A stretch of 63,556 nt of DNA from an uncultured Gemmatimonadota bacterium (lineage in GTDB: Bacteria; Gemmatimonadota; Gemmatimonadetes; Gemmatimonadales; Gemmatimonadaceae). The first letter of the stretch is position 1, and the number at the start of each line of letters is the position of its first letter. This document shows, in pieces, positions 38,011 to 48,372 of the stretch. The notes below the pieces were generated by a model. It was not told the DNA's origin and ran no database searches. It was given only the letters and a program-made list of their open reading frames with translations. Where the stretch lies: positions 1-63,556 of the forward strand of contig CAIUOO010000425.1 in the NCBI GenBank assembly GCA_903900795.1. The letters are read 5' to 3'. Position numbers and translations under genes: made by a program.

Positions 38011-38742
38011 TCAGCCCTGCACCGCAGCCGGCGGTGCCGGGATGTAATACAGCAGGCATCCACAGCCTTCACAGGGCTCAATGATCGCGCCGGAGGACAT
38101 CGGCAGACGGCGCTGCAAGGGAATGGAGGTGTCGCAGCTTCCACACGAGAAATCGTCGTGCAGTTGAAACACGACGATCGTCCGCCGACGAGACTGCACC
38201 CGGTCGTACTTACTCAGCAGTGACTTGCCCACACCTTCCGACGACTTGTTGCGCTTGGCTCGCGCGACCCCGAGTTCCTTGTCGATGACCGCGATTTCCG
38301 CCGCCAGCGTCGAGCGCGCCGCTTCCTGATCGGACGACGTGCGCTCGAGCACCTCACGGTGCACAGCGAGCGCGTTGCGCAGATCAACGACGCGACGCGA
38401 GATCGCGAGCGACTCGCTCTCTTCATCGGCCAGCACCTTGCGTGCCGATTCCACCTGGGCGGCCGCCGCGGTGACTTCCTTGAGCTTCTGCGCGGAATTC
38501 AGCACCTCGACGTTCTTGTCGTGCCGAATCTTGTGCTCGACGAGACGGGCTTCGATCGCCCGCTGCTTTTCGAGCTCGCGCTCGAGCGCACCTTCCGTGC
38601 GGGACACCTCATCGGCCGCGCGCTTGCGGGCCTTGTCGAGGGTGGCAAGACGGGGAGCCAACGCGTCGCGCCGTGCTTCGATGGCGCGTACGACTTCATC
38701 GTGTTGCTGGACGATCAACAATGCTTGCAGCTCGGTATTCAC
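38011..38742 (-). CDS. coiled-coil protein with C-terminal C4 zinc ribbon (DUF164/CT398-like)
   Basis: Long coiled coil then CGSC...CEGCG; GGAGGT SD before GTG 38742 (alternative start 38784). Confidence 0.85.
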   Translation of the reverse strand: MNTELQALLIVQQHDEVVRAIEARRDALAPRLATLDKARKRAADEVSRTEGALERELEKQRAIEARLVEHKIRHDKNVEVLNSAQKLKEVTAAAAQVESARKVLADEESESLAISRRVVDLRNALAVHREVLERTSSDQEAARSTLAAEIAVIDKELGVARAKRNKSSEGVGKSLLSKYDRVQSRRRTIVVFQLHDDFSCGSCDTSIPLQRRLPMSSGAIIEPCEGCGCLLYYIPAPPAAVQG

Positions 38743-38780
38743 TACACCTCCAGGAGGAAGCTCGGGTCGATGGTCGACCG

Positions 38781-40706
38781 TCACCCCTTCGGTTTAGCCC
38801 GCGGACTGCGGATAGGCAAGAGCCGACGGATTTCGGCCTCGAGTTCAAGGCGCTCCTTCATCAACGCGTCCTGCGCTTCTCGCGTTGCAGTTCGCATCGC
38901 CTCACGGATCTCATCGACCCGGAATTCCAGTACACGTGCATCGAGCTTGCTGAGACTAAGGCCGATGTCCGAGGCTTCCACGTGGATGGCCACGGCCCCA
39001 TCGGTGAGTTCCCGGAGGACGGTAAGTGCGTCGGACGCCAGCCGATCGGCCACCTGATCCAAATCCTCGTTCATCGGCGCGTCGAGGAGCGCGGCAAAAA
39101 GCGCACCGTATTGCGCGTGCCGGAACGAGCTCGGCGGATGCCGCTCAGCGACCCGTTCGGCGATCCCGCGATCGGCCAACATCGCGCGCACGAGTGAGCG
39201 CTCGATCGGTTCGTCCCGCCGCGGGCGCGGAGGAATGTTGGTCGTTTTCCACTCGGGACCGCCACCGTATTTACTGTTTTTTCGCCCTTTCCAGACCGGT
39301 TTGTCCCCCGCCGGAGGAGGCAAGGGCGCCGGCTCAGACTCCACCGACGTTCCCTCGAACTCCGGCAAAGGCTCGTCGGAGCTGCGTTCGGGCGGTCCGC
39401 CCGGCGCCCGACGACGTCCCTGCTCCGTCACCGCGTCCGCCTCTGTCGACAACGTGACTTTGTCGAGGTGCGACACATCGGCCAAGCGCGCCAGGTACAG
39501 GTCGCGCGTGAGGGGATCGCGGGCCGCGCGGATCGTCGGCAGCAACTTGTCGATCGCGATGCGGCGGCGGCGCAGATCGGAGAACCATCCCAGACGCTCG
39601 AGAATCTGCACCTGTCGGTCGAAGAGATCGATCGCCAGCCCGAGCTGCGTGTCCATTGCGGCACGACCGTGGTCGCGAACGAACGTGTCCGGATCCTCGT
39701 TCTCCGGCAGCGTGACCACCCGCACCGTCGCCTTGTGCCCAAGCAGCTCCAAACCTGAACGGAAGGTCGCCTTCTGTCCGGCCTCATCGCTGTCGTACAG
39801 CAAGAAGACCTCGGGCGCATACCGCACCAACAGCTGCGCCTGCTCGTCGGTCAATGCCGTGCCAAGCGGAGCCACCACTTCCTCGATGCCAGACAGCACG
39901 AGCCGAATGGCATCGAGATAGCCTTCGACCACGATGGCGCGACCAGCGCGACGCATCGCCTGCTTCGCGGTATGCATGTTGTAGAGCGTCTTGCGCTTCT
40001 GAAAAACCACCGACTCTGGACTGTTCAGGTACTTCGGTGTGTCGTCGCCGAGCGCTCGCCCGCCGAAGCCGACATAGCGACCCATTTCGTCGAGAATCGG
40101 GAACATAAGGCGTCCGCGAAAACGCGGTCGAGGCTCGGTCTCACCGTCCCGCACCACGAATAATCCCGCCTCGATCAGACGCGCGTCATCGGCGCCAAGC
40201 GAGTGCAAGTACCGACGCAACGCCTGGAGATCACGCGGGGCGAAGCCCAGTCCGAAACGTTCCCACGCGGCCCCGTCAAGCTGGCGCTGTTGCAGGTACG
40301 CTCGCGCGTCCCGTCCCGTCACCTCGTCGGTGAGCTGCCGCTGAAACCATTCGGCCGCGGCAGCGAGCACCTCGTGGTTCGGCGCGTTCGGATCGGGGGC
40401 CTGCACGCGCATGGGCACGTCGATCACCTCGATGCCGACGCGCTCTCCGATCATCTTCACGGCGGACGGCCAATCGAGGCCGAGGCGTTTCCGGACGAAC
40501 GAGAACACATCCCCGCTTTCGTGACACACGAAGCAGTGATAACTCCCGCGCTTCGGCGAGACGGAGAAGTTCGGATTCGTGCCGCCATGAAACGGACACG
40601 GTCCGCGATAGTCACCACCGGCGCGCTTGAGGGGTACGAACTCGCTGATGATCTGCACGACATCAGCCGCTGTGCGCACGCGCTCGATGATTTCATCGGA
40701 AATCAC
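38781..40706 (-). CDS. dnaG: DNA primase
   Basis: CPFH...CFVC zinc finger, RFRGRLMFPI, KYLNSPE, VEGYLD, YDSDEAG, DPD; GTG start overlaps the mutS2 stop. Confidence 0.96.
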   Translation of the reverse strand: MISDEIIERVRTAADVVQIISEFVPLKRAGGDYRGPCPFHGGTNPNFSVSPKRGSYHCFVCHESGDVFSFVRKRLGLDWPSAVKMIGERVGIEVIDVPMRVQAPDPNAPNHEVLAAAAEWFQRQLTDEVTGRDARAYLQQRQLDGAAWERFGLGFAPRDLQALRRYLHSLGADDARLIEAGLFVVRDGETEPRPRFRGRLMFPILDEMGRYVGFGGRALGDDTPKYLNSPESVVFQKRKTLYNMHTAKQAMRRAGRAIVVEGYLDAIRLVLSGIEEVVAPLGTALTDEQAQLLVRYAPEVFLLYDSDEAGQKATFRSGLELLGHKATVRVVTLPENEDPDTFVRDHGRAAMDTQLGLAIDLFDRQVQILERLGWFSDLRRRRIAIDKLLPTIRAARDPLTRDLYLARLADVSHLDKVTLSTEADAVTEQGRRRAPGGPPERSSDEPLPEFEGTSVESEPAPLPPPAGDKPVWKGRKNSKYGGGPEWKTTNIPPRPRRDEPIERSLVRAMLADRGIAERVAERHPPSSFRHAQYGALFAALLDAPMNEDLDQVADRLASDALTVLRELTDGAVAIHVEASDIGLSLSKLDARVLEFRVDEIREAMRTATREAQDALMKERLELEAEIRRLLPIRSPRAKPKG

Positions 40707-43159
40707 GTGAACTCCGCCACCGTGACGCCCGCCCCACCTTCGTTCCACGCGCCAAGCCGGAAGCCGGCCACCCGCGTGTCCTTCTTGAGCATTTCCCCGA
40801 CGCGGGATCGCAGTGCGCCGGTGCCCTTGCCGTGAATGATGCGCAACTCGCGCATGTCCGACCGCACGGCGGCATCGAGCGCCTGCAGCACCTGGTCGTC
40901 AACTTCGTCAACACGGAGCCCGCGCACGTCGACTTCACGAAGCGGATCGGCCTCGGGGACGTTACCCGCGTACGTGACTTTCACCGCCGGCGGCGGCGGC
41001 GCCGATGAGCGCGTCAGCGTGGCCAACGGTACGGTCACGGTGAGCGATCCGACCACGACGCGCGCCTCCTTTCCACGGACGGAAAGCACCACGCCGCTCT
41101 TGTTGTCGAGCGTGCCGACCAGTACGCGATCTCCATCGGCGAGCGGTGCCTGCGCCTTCTGCGGCACGCCGGTCTTTGGCGTCGCCACCTCGACGGCAGC
41201 ACGCACCTGCGTATGCACCTGTGTACGCACCTTCTCGCGTGCCGCGCGCGCCTGCACCGCCTCGGCGGCGAGTCCCTGTGCGGCCGCCGCGTCCTCAACG
41301 GCACGCCGTGCCGCGCGCGCGGACGCCTCGAGCGCGTCCGCCTGCTCACCGGCCTTGGCACGGATCTCGGCAATCGCGCGCTCGACCTGACCGCGTGCCT
41401 CCAGCAGATACTTGCGCGCCTCCTGACGGGCCGACTTCTCCGCCTCACGTTCACGCTCGCGCACCTTGACCTCGCGATCGGTAACCGTTGCCAGACGCGC
41501 GCGCAGCTTCTCCTGCTCGCGATCCATCACCTGTTCGCGTGTACCGAGCAGCCCCTCCCGCGCCTCGACGTCGGACAAGAGCACCGCGAGATCGCGCTCC
41601 CCGTGCGGCAGGCGCTCTTCGGCGCGCACGATGATGTCTTCCGGCAACTGCAGGCGACGGGCGATACTCAAGCCATAGCTGCGCCCAGGAATGCCCTTGA
41701 GCAACCGATACGTCGGCGCCAACTGCACGGCGTCGAACTGGAGCGACGCGTTCACGACGCCTTCAACCTCCGTGGCCAGCAGCTTGAGCTGTCCAAGGTG
41801 CGTCGTCGCAATTGTCGTGGCCGATCGACGGGTCAGCGTTTCGAGAATGGAACCGCCGAGCGCCGCGCCTTCCGCGGGATCCGTGCCCGAGCCGAGTTCA
41901 TCGATGAGCACTAAAGAGTCGGGGGTGGCCGAGCGCAAAATCTCCCCAAGGTTCTTCAGGTGCGCACTGAACGTCGACAGACTGGCTTCGATGCTCTGTT
42001 CGTCACCGACGTCAGCGAAGACATCATCGAACACGGGCAGCCGGCTCGTGGCACCGACGGGCACGGGCACACCCGACTGCGCCAGTGCGCTGAGCAGGCC
42101 GATCGCTTTCAGCAGAACGGTCTTGCCGCCGGTGTTCGGGCCGGAGACCAGTAGCGTGCGCTCCTGCTCGAAGAGCGTGAGATCGAACGCGACCACCGGC
42201 GTGCCCCGCGAGAGCAGCAGCGGATGACGGCCGTCGACGATCGCCAACCCTTCGGCAGGCGTGCAGAAGGCCAACGGCGCACAGCTGGCCTCGATCGCGT
42301 ATCGCGCGCGCGCGTAGAGCGCGTCAAGCGCGACCAGTGCATTGAACGCGGCGATCAGCTGATCGTGGTAGGGGTGGAGCTGCTCGGTGAGTTCGCGCAG
42401 GACACGCTCGACTTCACGCTGCTCCTCGATCTCGAGTTCACGTACGCGATTGCCGAATTGCACGGCGGCGGGCGGCTCCACGTAGATCGTGGCGCCGGTG
42501 CCTGAACTATCGTGCACGATCCCGCCCACATAGCCGCGCGCTTCGCGGCGCATCGGCATGACCCAGCGGCCGTTGCGCATGGTCACCGACAGGTCGCTGA
42601 CCTGATGATGCGATTCGAGCTTCGCCATTTCGCGCTCGAGCAACCGTACCAGCTCCCCTTCCGCTTGTCGGAGCTCCCGACGCACGCGACGGAGGGCCGG
42701 CGAGGCATCATCGCGCACTGTACCATCGTCGGAAATCGCGCGCGCGATCGCCTCTTCGAGCGAGCGCAGATCGATGAGCTGATCGAGATACGCCTGCAGA
42801 TATGCGACGGTGATGCGCGGACGGCGCGGATCGCGGAGGGCCTCACGGACGCGTCGGGAGGAACGGATCAGGGTGGCGCCTTGCAGGAGCTCGAGGGCCG
42901 TCCAGGTGAGCCCTTCGATCCGCAGGCGGCGGAGTGCTTCGCCAAGATCCGGGATCGGCTCCGTTGGCCACGTCAGCTCGGACGAGACCAGCGCGCGCAT
43001 CGCACCCACGCGTGCATGCTCGGCTTCGATCCACTCCCGATCCCGCCGAGGCGCGAGCATTCGGACAGCGGCGGCGCCGGGGCCGGAGTTCGCGCGACCC
43101 GCGACATGGGCAAGCATGCGCGGAAACTCGAGAATACCGAGGGCGTGCGCGTTCATCAT
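40703..43159 (-). CDS. mutS2: endonuclease MutS2
   Basis: GPNTGGKT, DEQSIEASLSTFS, DELGSGTDP, TTH, C-terminal Smr domain (IIHGKGTGALR). Confidence 0.95.
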   Translation of the reverse strand: MMNAHALGILEFPRMLAHVAGRANSGPGAAAVRMLAPRRDREWIEAEHARVGAMRALVSSELTWPTEPIPDLGEALRRLRIEGLTWTALELLQGATLIRSSRRVREALRDPRRPRITVAYLQAYLDQLIDLRSLEEAIARAISDDGTVRDDASPALRRVRRELRQAEGELVRLLEREMAKLESHHQVSDLSVTMRNGRWVMPMRREARGYVGGIVHDSSGTGATIYVEPPAAVQFGNRVRELEIEEQREVERVLRELTEQLHPYHDQLIAAFNALVALDALYARARYAIEASCAPLAFCTPAEGLAIVDGRHPLLLSRGTPVVAFDLTLFEQERTLLVSGPNTGGKTVLLKAIGLLSALAQSGVPVPVGATSRLPVFDDVFADVGDEQSIEASLSTFSAHLKNLGEILRSATPDSLVLIDELGSGTDPAEGAALGGSILETLTRRSATTIATTHLGQLKLLATEVEGVVNASLQFDAVQLAPTYRLLKGIPGRSYGLSIARRLQLPEDIIVRAEERLPHGERDLAVLLSDVEAREGLLGTREQVMDREQEKLRARLATVTDREVKVREREREAEKSARQEARKYLLEARGQVERAIAEIRAKAGEQADALEASARAARRAVEDAAAAQGLAAEAVQARAAREKVRTQVHTQVRAAVEVATPKTGVPQKAQAPLADGDRVLVGTLDNKSGVVLSVRGKEARVVVGSLTVTVPLATLTRSSAPPPPAVKVTYAGNVPEADPLREVDVRGLRVDEVDDQVLQALDAAVRSDMRELRIIHGKGTGALRSRVGEMLKKDTRVAGFRLGAWNEGGAGVTVAEFT

Positions 43160-43201
43160 GCCAAGGGAGCCCGTCGGGGTGTACCATGGCCGTAACGGCA
43201 A

Positions 43202-43235
43202 GAACCCGGACCGCCGAGGGCGCTGGTCCGGGTTC
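43202..43235 (-). terminator. hairpin downstream of rpsU-yqeY
   Basis: GAACCCGGACC...GGTCCGGGTTC 11-bp stem with a short U tail. Confidence 0.5.
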
Positions 43236-43291
43236 GAATTCTGCTGCGTGCTGTCATTCGGATCGCCACGACGTGCAGTGCGTTGTCGTTG

Positions 43292-43753
43292 TCACCCGCG
43301 CGCAAGTTCCTCGCGCACGATTGCGTTGATCGTACCGCCTTCTACCCGTCCCTTGAACATCGGCATCACTTTGGCCATGACAGCCCCGATGTTGGCAGCT
43401 CCTCCCTGCATCGCGGCGCGAACGGCTGCGCGCAATTCCTCAGGATCGACTTCGGCGGGCAGATACACTTCGAGGGCCGTGACCTCGCTCTGTTCCTTCT
43501 CGAGCAGGTCCGTTCGCCCAGCTTTGCCGTAGAGCTCGACGGACTCGCGACGCTTCTTGATGCCCTTTCGGATGACATCGATGACGTCATCGTCGTTGGC
43601 CTCACGACGCAGTTCGATTTCGCGGTTCTTGACCTCGGAAATGATCATCCCAAGCAGGAGCACGCGATCCCTTAGCTGCTCCCGTCGTGCATTGGCTTGA
43701 TCACGCTGCAAACGCGGCAGCAACGAACTGCCGGCATCCACGGAACTGCTCAC
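43292..43753 (-). CDS. GatB/YqeY domain protein
   Basis: [27 protein letters not shown]; follows rpsU. Confidence 0.92.
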   Translation of the reverse strand: MSSSVDAGSSLLPRLQRDQANARREQLRDRVLLLGMIISEVKNREIELRREANDDDVIDVIRKGIKKRRESVELYGKAGRTDLLEKEQSEVTALEVYLPAEVDPEELRAAVRAAMQGGAANIGAVMAKVMPMFKGRVEGGTINAIVREELARG

Positions 43754-43938
43754 CCGTTACGGGTGCGCCGATTCTTGCGGACCGCCGCGTTCATCTTGCG
43801 CTTGCGCTTCTCCGAGGGCTTCTCATAGTGACGATGCTTGCGCAGGTCGGACAGGATACCGGCCTTTTCGCACTTCTTCTTGAAGCGCTTGAGCGCACGC
43901 TCAAAATTCTCGTCCTCGTGGATGATGACTTCGGACAA
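43750..43938 (-). CDS. rpsU: 30S ribosomal protein S21
   Basis: [24 protein letters not shown]; TTG start at 43938 with GAGG SD. Confidence 0.97.
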   Translation of the reverse strand: MSEVIIHEDENFERALKRFKKKCEKAGILSDLRKHRHYEKPSEKRKRKMNAAVRKNRRTRNG

Positions 43939-43995
43939 ACGAAACCTCGTAAATGATGGCGTGACAGACACGTTGCGATAGGACGACAGCCTTAA

Positions 43996-44024
43996 ATCCT
44001 ACCCATGCCAAGGGGGGAGGTCAA
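43996..44024 (-). promoter_or_regulatory. sigma70-like promoter of rpsU
   Basis: TTGACC-N17-TAGGAT. Confidence 0.7.
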
Positions 44025-44061
44025 GGCGCAGCGCACGATAATTCCCGAGGGAAGCGACCAA

Positions 44062-44403
44062 TTATCCCGGCGGCCAGTGCATTGCCCGCCCGCCCAGCAC
44101 GTGGAGGTGAAGATGGTGCACGGTTTGTCCGCCATCATTCCCGGTATTGGCCACCACTCGATAGCCCGTGCTCTCCAACCCTTCCGCACGCGCGACCTCG
44201 GCCGCCAACAGCAGCAGGGCGCCCAGCTCGCCACCGTCAGTGGCCTCGGAGAGGGACGCCACGTGGCGACGCGGGATGACCAGCAGATGGGAGGGGGCCT
44301 GCGGATGCACGTCGCGGAAGGCGACGGCGTGCGCGTTGCTGGCGACCAGCGCGGCCGGAATGGTCCCGCTCACAATGCGGCAGAAGATGCATGCGTCGGA
44401 CAT
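44062..44403 (-). CDS. HIT family nucleotide-binding protein
   Basis: CIFCRI, GQTVHHLHLHVLGGR, WPPG. Confidence 0.96.
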   Translation of the reverse strand: MSDACIFCRIVSGTIPAALVASNAHAVAFRDVHPQAPSHLLVIPRRHVASLSEATDGGELGALLLLAAEVARAEGLESTGYRVVANTGNDGGQTVHHLHLHVLGGRAMHWPPG

Positions 44404-45185
44404 CAGGACTCCCGAAGCGGGGAATGAAGCGTGGAGGTGGCACCGAGCGCCGACCGGGCGATCGCCAGCGCCGCCACCGCAGCGGTTTCGAAGCGAAGGA
44501 TCGTTGGCCCCAAGCGAACCGGGCGGAACCCGGCCGATACGAGCGCTTCGAGCTCATCCGCCTCGATCCCCCCTTCCGGGCCGATGGCCAATACGATCGG
44601 TTCCTGCATCGGCACCGCGGCCGAGCCGACCATCGGCGCCCCCGCCGGGTCGAGAACCAGACGGTCACCAGTCGGCGCGGCCAGCAACGCACGCTCCAGC
44701 GTCGCCTCAGGGAAGGGCTGGGGAAGCCACGCCCCTTCCGACTGCGCCAGCGCGCTCGTCATGCGCGCCATCACCTTCTGCTGAAAGGCCACACCTTCGC
44801 CACGCGGCGAGACACTCCGTGATCGCCGCCAAAGCACGGGGCGCCAGCTCGTACAACCCAACTCGCACGCTTTTTCGGCCAGCCACAACATTCGCTCGCG
44901 ATCGGCCACCGGCACCAGCACATGCACCTCGGGAAGCGGCGCGATCAGGTCGACCTCGCTGATTTCGATACAGGCCTGCGTTTTCGTGAGCCGCACGAGC
45001 TGCCCGGCCCCGACGTGCCCCCGGCCGTCGCGGACACCAACCACGGCCCCCGCGTCGAGTCGCAAGACGCGCATGTGACGCGCCGCGTGTTCGTCGAGGA
45101 CGCACGTCGCCCCGACCGCAAACAATTCGGTCGTGACGAAATTCGGGCGCCCGGCGGCTATGCCCTCGCGATCGAGACCGACCAC
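44403..45185 (-). CDS. rsmE: 16S rRNA m3U1498 methyltransferase
   Basis: HMRVLRL, EKACELG, IGPEGG, LGPTILRFETA. Confidence 0.93.
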   Translation of the reverse strand: MVGLDREGIAAGRPNFVTTELFAVGATCVLDEHAARHMRVLRLDAGAVVGVRDGRGHVGAGQLVRLTKTQACIEISEVDLIAPLPEVHVLVPVADRERMLWLAEKACELGCTSWRPVLWRRSRSVSPRGEGVAFQQKVMARMTSALAQSEGAWLPQPFPEATLERALLAAPTGDRLVLDPAGAPMVGSAAVPMQEPIVLAIGPEGGIEADELEALVSAGFRPVRLGPTILRFETAAVAALAIARSALGATSTLHSPLRES

Positions 45186-46018
45186 CAGATATCCTCCGCA
45201 TCCTCATCGAGCACACGCCAGCCGGTGGCCGCCAGGACGGCGAGCATCTCCGCGCGCTCCTCCTGGAGAATGCCACTCAGGATGGCGCCCCCGTCGCCGG
45301 TGAGCGAGGCGGCGATAATCGGCAACAACTCCACCAGCACGGATGAAATGATGTTCGCCAGCACGACGCGAACGGGCGCCAGCAGTGGCAGCAACGCACC
45401 AGCGTCCGCCTCGAAAACATGCACGCGATCGGCGACGCCGTTGCGCTGCACGTTCTGCTCGGCGTCGGGGATCGCTTCGCCATCCAGCTCGACGGCATAC
45501 ACACGCGAAGCCCCGAGTTTGGCCGCCGCGATCGCCAAGACGGCACTGCCGGCCCCGAGGTCAGCGACGATGTCCCCGTCACGCAGGACGGTGGGAAGCA
45601 GGCGGACCACGCCGCGCGTCGTGGCGTGCTCGCCCGTACCGAACGCCATCCCCGGCTCAATAACGATCGTGCGCGCGGGATCGCAGCCATCGGCCAACCA
45701 CGGCGGCATCACCGTGAGCGAGCCCAGATCGTGCGCATTGATACGCGACTTCCACGCCTCGCTCCAGTCGATGTCGGGCACCGGCGCCGTCTCGATGGTC
45801 ACGCCTTGGTCGGCCTCGGTCAGTGCGAGATGCACCGCTTCAAGGTCGGTCGACGGGGGGAAGTGCGTGACGAGTGCGGTGCCGTCTTCATGAACACCCT
45901 GCGCGCCGACCGCGAACAAGGCGGCCATACAGGCGTCGCGACTGCCCTCGTCGATGCCCGGACTGACCCGAACACTGACCCAACGCAGCGAGGCGTCACA
46001 AACCGAGGCGTCACGCAC
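45158..46018 (-). CDS. prmA: ribosomal protein L11 methyltransferase
   Basis: [36 protein letters not shown]. Confidence 0.95.
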   Translation of the reverse strand: MRDASVCDASLRWVSVRVSPGIDEGSRDACMAALFAVGAQGVHEDGTALVTHFPPSTDLEAVHLALTEADQGVTIETAPVPDIDWSEAWKSRINAHDLGSLTVMPPWLADGCDPARTIVIEPGMAFGTGEHATTRGVVRLLPTVLRDGDIVADLGAGSAVLAIAAAKLGASRVYAVELDGEAIPDAEQNVQRNGVADRVHVFEADAGALLPLLAPVRVVLANIISSVLVELLPIIAASLTGDGGAILSGILQEERAEMLAVLAATGWRVLDEDAEDIWWSVSIARA

Positions 46019-47141
46019 CCAGCGCCTCCTTCATTTTCGACCAGAATCCTTTCTCGCGCTGCGCCGGCGCCTTCCCTTGCAGTGCTCCCAGCCGCTCGAT
46101 TAAAGCCTTCTCTTCACCCTCGACAACCTGCGGCGTCCAAACCTGCACCCTGACGTGCAGGTCACCGGTGCCGGATGCGTTCACCCGCGGTAATCCGCGG
46201 CCGCGTAGATCAAATACGGTGCCACTCTGGGTTCCGGTGGGTACCCGAAGCGAGAGATCACCGGTCAGTCCGGGCACCCGAATATCGGCGCCAAACACGA
46301 GCTGTGCGTATGTCACCAGCGCTTCGCAGAACAGGTCCTCGCCATCGCGATCAAAGCGCGCGTCGTCTTCCACCTCGAACACCACGAGCACATCGCCCTT
46401 GGTGCCGCCTCGAGGCCCGACATTGCCCGCTCCACGGAGCGTCATATACTGACCCGTCGCGACGCCGCCCGGCACCTGAATCTTGAGCGTGCGCTCCGCC
46501 CGCGCGCGTCCTTCGCCGCGGCACTTCTTGCACGGCGTCGACACCACCGCGCCTTCACCGGCACACGTCGGACAGGGGGCCACCGACACGAACTGACCAA
46601 AGAAGGAACGCTGGGCACGGCGCACTTCGCCGGCGCCGTCACAGGTGTTGCACGTCTGCGGCTTCGTGCCTGGCTCGGCGCCCGACCCTTCGCACTTGTC
46701 GCACGCCTCAAGCACCTTGAGCACGACCGACTTCTCGACGCCGGTGGCAACTTCGGTGAGCGTGAGCGGCAGCGACAGCTTCACATCGGCGCCCGCGCGC
46801 GATCCGTTCCGACGGCCGCCGCCCTGCCCCCCGAACAAGTCGCCGAAGCCGCCGAAGTCGCGCATGAAGATGTTTAACGCCTCCGACAGATCGACGTGCT
46901 CATACTGCGATTGCTGGGCACCACGAAGCCCTGCCTCGCCGTAGCGATCGAAGGCGGCGCGCTTCTGCGGATCACGAAGCACGTCATACGCCTCGGTGAT
47001 CGTCTTGAACTTCTCCTCGGCCTCCTTCGCGCCCGCATTGCGGTCAGGGTGCCACTGCATTGCCAGGCGTCGATACGCCTGCTTGATGTCGTCGTCGGAT
47101 GCATCGCGCGGCACGCCAAGTACCGCGTAAAAATCGGCCAT
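46011..47141 (-). CDS. dnaJ: chaperone DnaJ
   Basis: J domain with HPD, G/F linker, four CxxCxGxG repeats. Confidence 0.98.
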   Translation of the reverse strand: MADFYAVLGVPRDASDDDIKQAYRRLAMQWHPDRNAGAKEAEEKFKTITEAYDVLRDPQKRAAFDRYGEAGLRGAQQSQYEHVDLSEALNIFMRDFGGFGDLFGGQGGGRRNGSRAGADVKLSLPLTLTEVATGVEKSVVLKVLEACDKCEGSGAEPGTKPQTCNTCDGAGEVRRAQRSFFGQFVSVAPCPTCAGEGAVVSTPCKKCRGEGRARAERTLKIQVPGGVATGQYMTLRGAGNVGPRGGTKGDVLVVFEVEDDARFDRDGEDLFCEALVTYAQLVFGADIRVPGLTGDLSLRVPTGTQSGTVFDLRGRGLPRVNASGTGDLHVRVQVWTPQVVEGEEKALIERLGALQGKAPAQREKGFWSKMKEALGA

Positions 47142-47291
47142 GTCAAAACCCGGAAGAACGCGCCGCCAGTGGACGGCGCAATCGAACGACGGGTGCCGGA
47201 AACCGGCCGCCCGTCGGTGGAGTCAAAGTCGGACTGAAATACCTACGGGAAATATCGACCGGTCTGCCCACCCGAAGCGAGGGGAGGACGG

Positions 47292-48335
47292 TCAGCAGAG
47301 CAAATCAGACACGAGTCGTGAGGTGTGACCGACCAGCGCGATGACTTTGTCGTACGGCATCCGCGTCGGACCGATCACGCCGATGACCCCACTGAGCGAC
47401 CCCGCCTGATACTCGGCGGTGACCACGGTGAACGGTTCCAGCCGCGGGTCGCCGTGCTCGTTGCCAATGGTGATCGAAATGCCGTTCGCCCCCGGCTTCG
47501 CCTCGAGTAACGAGGCAACCTGCTGCCGGGTTTCCGTGAGCTCGATCAACTGCCGTAGCCGCTCGCCGCTGGCGAACTCGGGCTGATCCGCCAGCAGCGA
47601 GGGCTGGCCCAGCACGACCGTCTCGAGCGGATCCGCCACACGCCCGAAGACCTGCTCGCCCTCCTGCACAAAAATGTGCAGGAGCTCGGCGGTCTCCGGC
47701 TTGAGCTGAATGTCACGGAGCCGAGTGGCGAGCGTGGTGCGCACCTGCTCGAGCGTGAGTCCAGCGAGCCGCTCGTTCAGGACGATCGTGACTTCGAGGA
47801 GCGCCTCGTCGGCAATCACGCCGGGCACCTCAACGAAGACCGTGCGTACCGCGCCACCGTGCAGCGTGAGCACCATCAGCAGCCGCTCCGACGAGATGCG
47901 CACGAGCTCGATCTGTCGCAGTGTTGCTCGCTCGAAGCGCGGCCCAAGCGCAACGCCAAGCTCCTGCGTCAGAATGCCCAGCGATTGTGCCGCCCGGCGG
48001 AGAATCGCCTCAATGGCCGATCCGCCATTGGAAATGTCGGCATGCAACCGTCGCTGCGCATCGCCGGTGATCGTCTCCACCCGCATCAGCGAGTCGACGT
48101 ACACACGATACGCTTTGTCTGTAGGGATGCGTCCGGCCGACGTGTGCGGATGGAAGAGAAAGCCCTTCTCTTCCAGATCGCTCATCGTGTTCCGGATGGT
48201 CGCGGGCGAAATGCCCAAGCCAAAGCGACGCGACAACGTGCGCGAACCCGCGGGCTCGGCCGTTGCCACATAGCTGTGAATTACCGCTTCGAGTACCTGT
48301 CGCTCCCGCTCGGAGAGCTCCCCGCTGATAGCCAT
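47292..48335 (-). CDS. hrcA: heat-inducible transcription repressor HrcA
   Basis: SPATIRNTMSDLE, HTSAGRIPT, IGPTRMPY. Confidence 0.97.
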   Translation of the reverse strand: MAISGELSERERQVLEAVIHSYVATAEPAGSRTLSRRFGLGISPATIRNTMSDLEEKGFLFHPHTSAGRIPTDKAYRVYVDSLMRVETITGDAQRRLHADISNGGSAIEAILRRAAQSLGILTQELGVALGPRFERATLRQIELVRISSERLLMVLTLHGGAVRTVFVEVPGVIADEALLEVTIVLNERLAGLTLEQVRTTLATRLRDIQLKPETAELLHIFVQEGEQVFGRVADPLETVVLGQPSLLADQPEFASGERLRQLIELTETRQQVASLLEAKPGANGISITIGNEHGDPRLEPFTVVTAEYQAGSLSGVIGVIGPTRMPYDKVIALVGHTSRLVSDLLC

Positions 48336-48342
48336 AAGTGTA

Positions 48343-48372
48343 ACGCTACGAACGACTTCGAAGTGCTGTCAA
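48343..48372 (-). promoter_or_regulatory. internal promoter for probably leaderless hrcA
   Basis: TTGACA-N18-TAGCGT, then 7 nt to the hrcA ATG; lies in the 3' end of hemW. Confidence 0.55.

Noticed and set aside
45989-46014. 11-bp direct repeat CGAGGCGTCAC at the dnaJ/prmA junction, considered as a frameshift or regulatory site
   Set aside because: 15-nt period keeps the prmA frame (DAS-VC-DAS); most likely a neutral micro-duplication
48349-48372. CIRCE element at hrcA
   Set aside because: Only a partial left half-site (AGCACT); no GAGTGCTAA at 9-nt spacing
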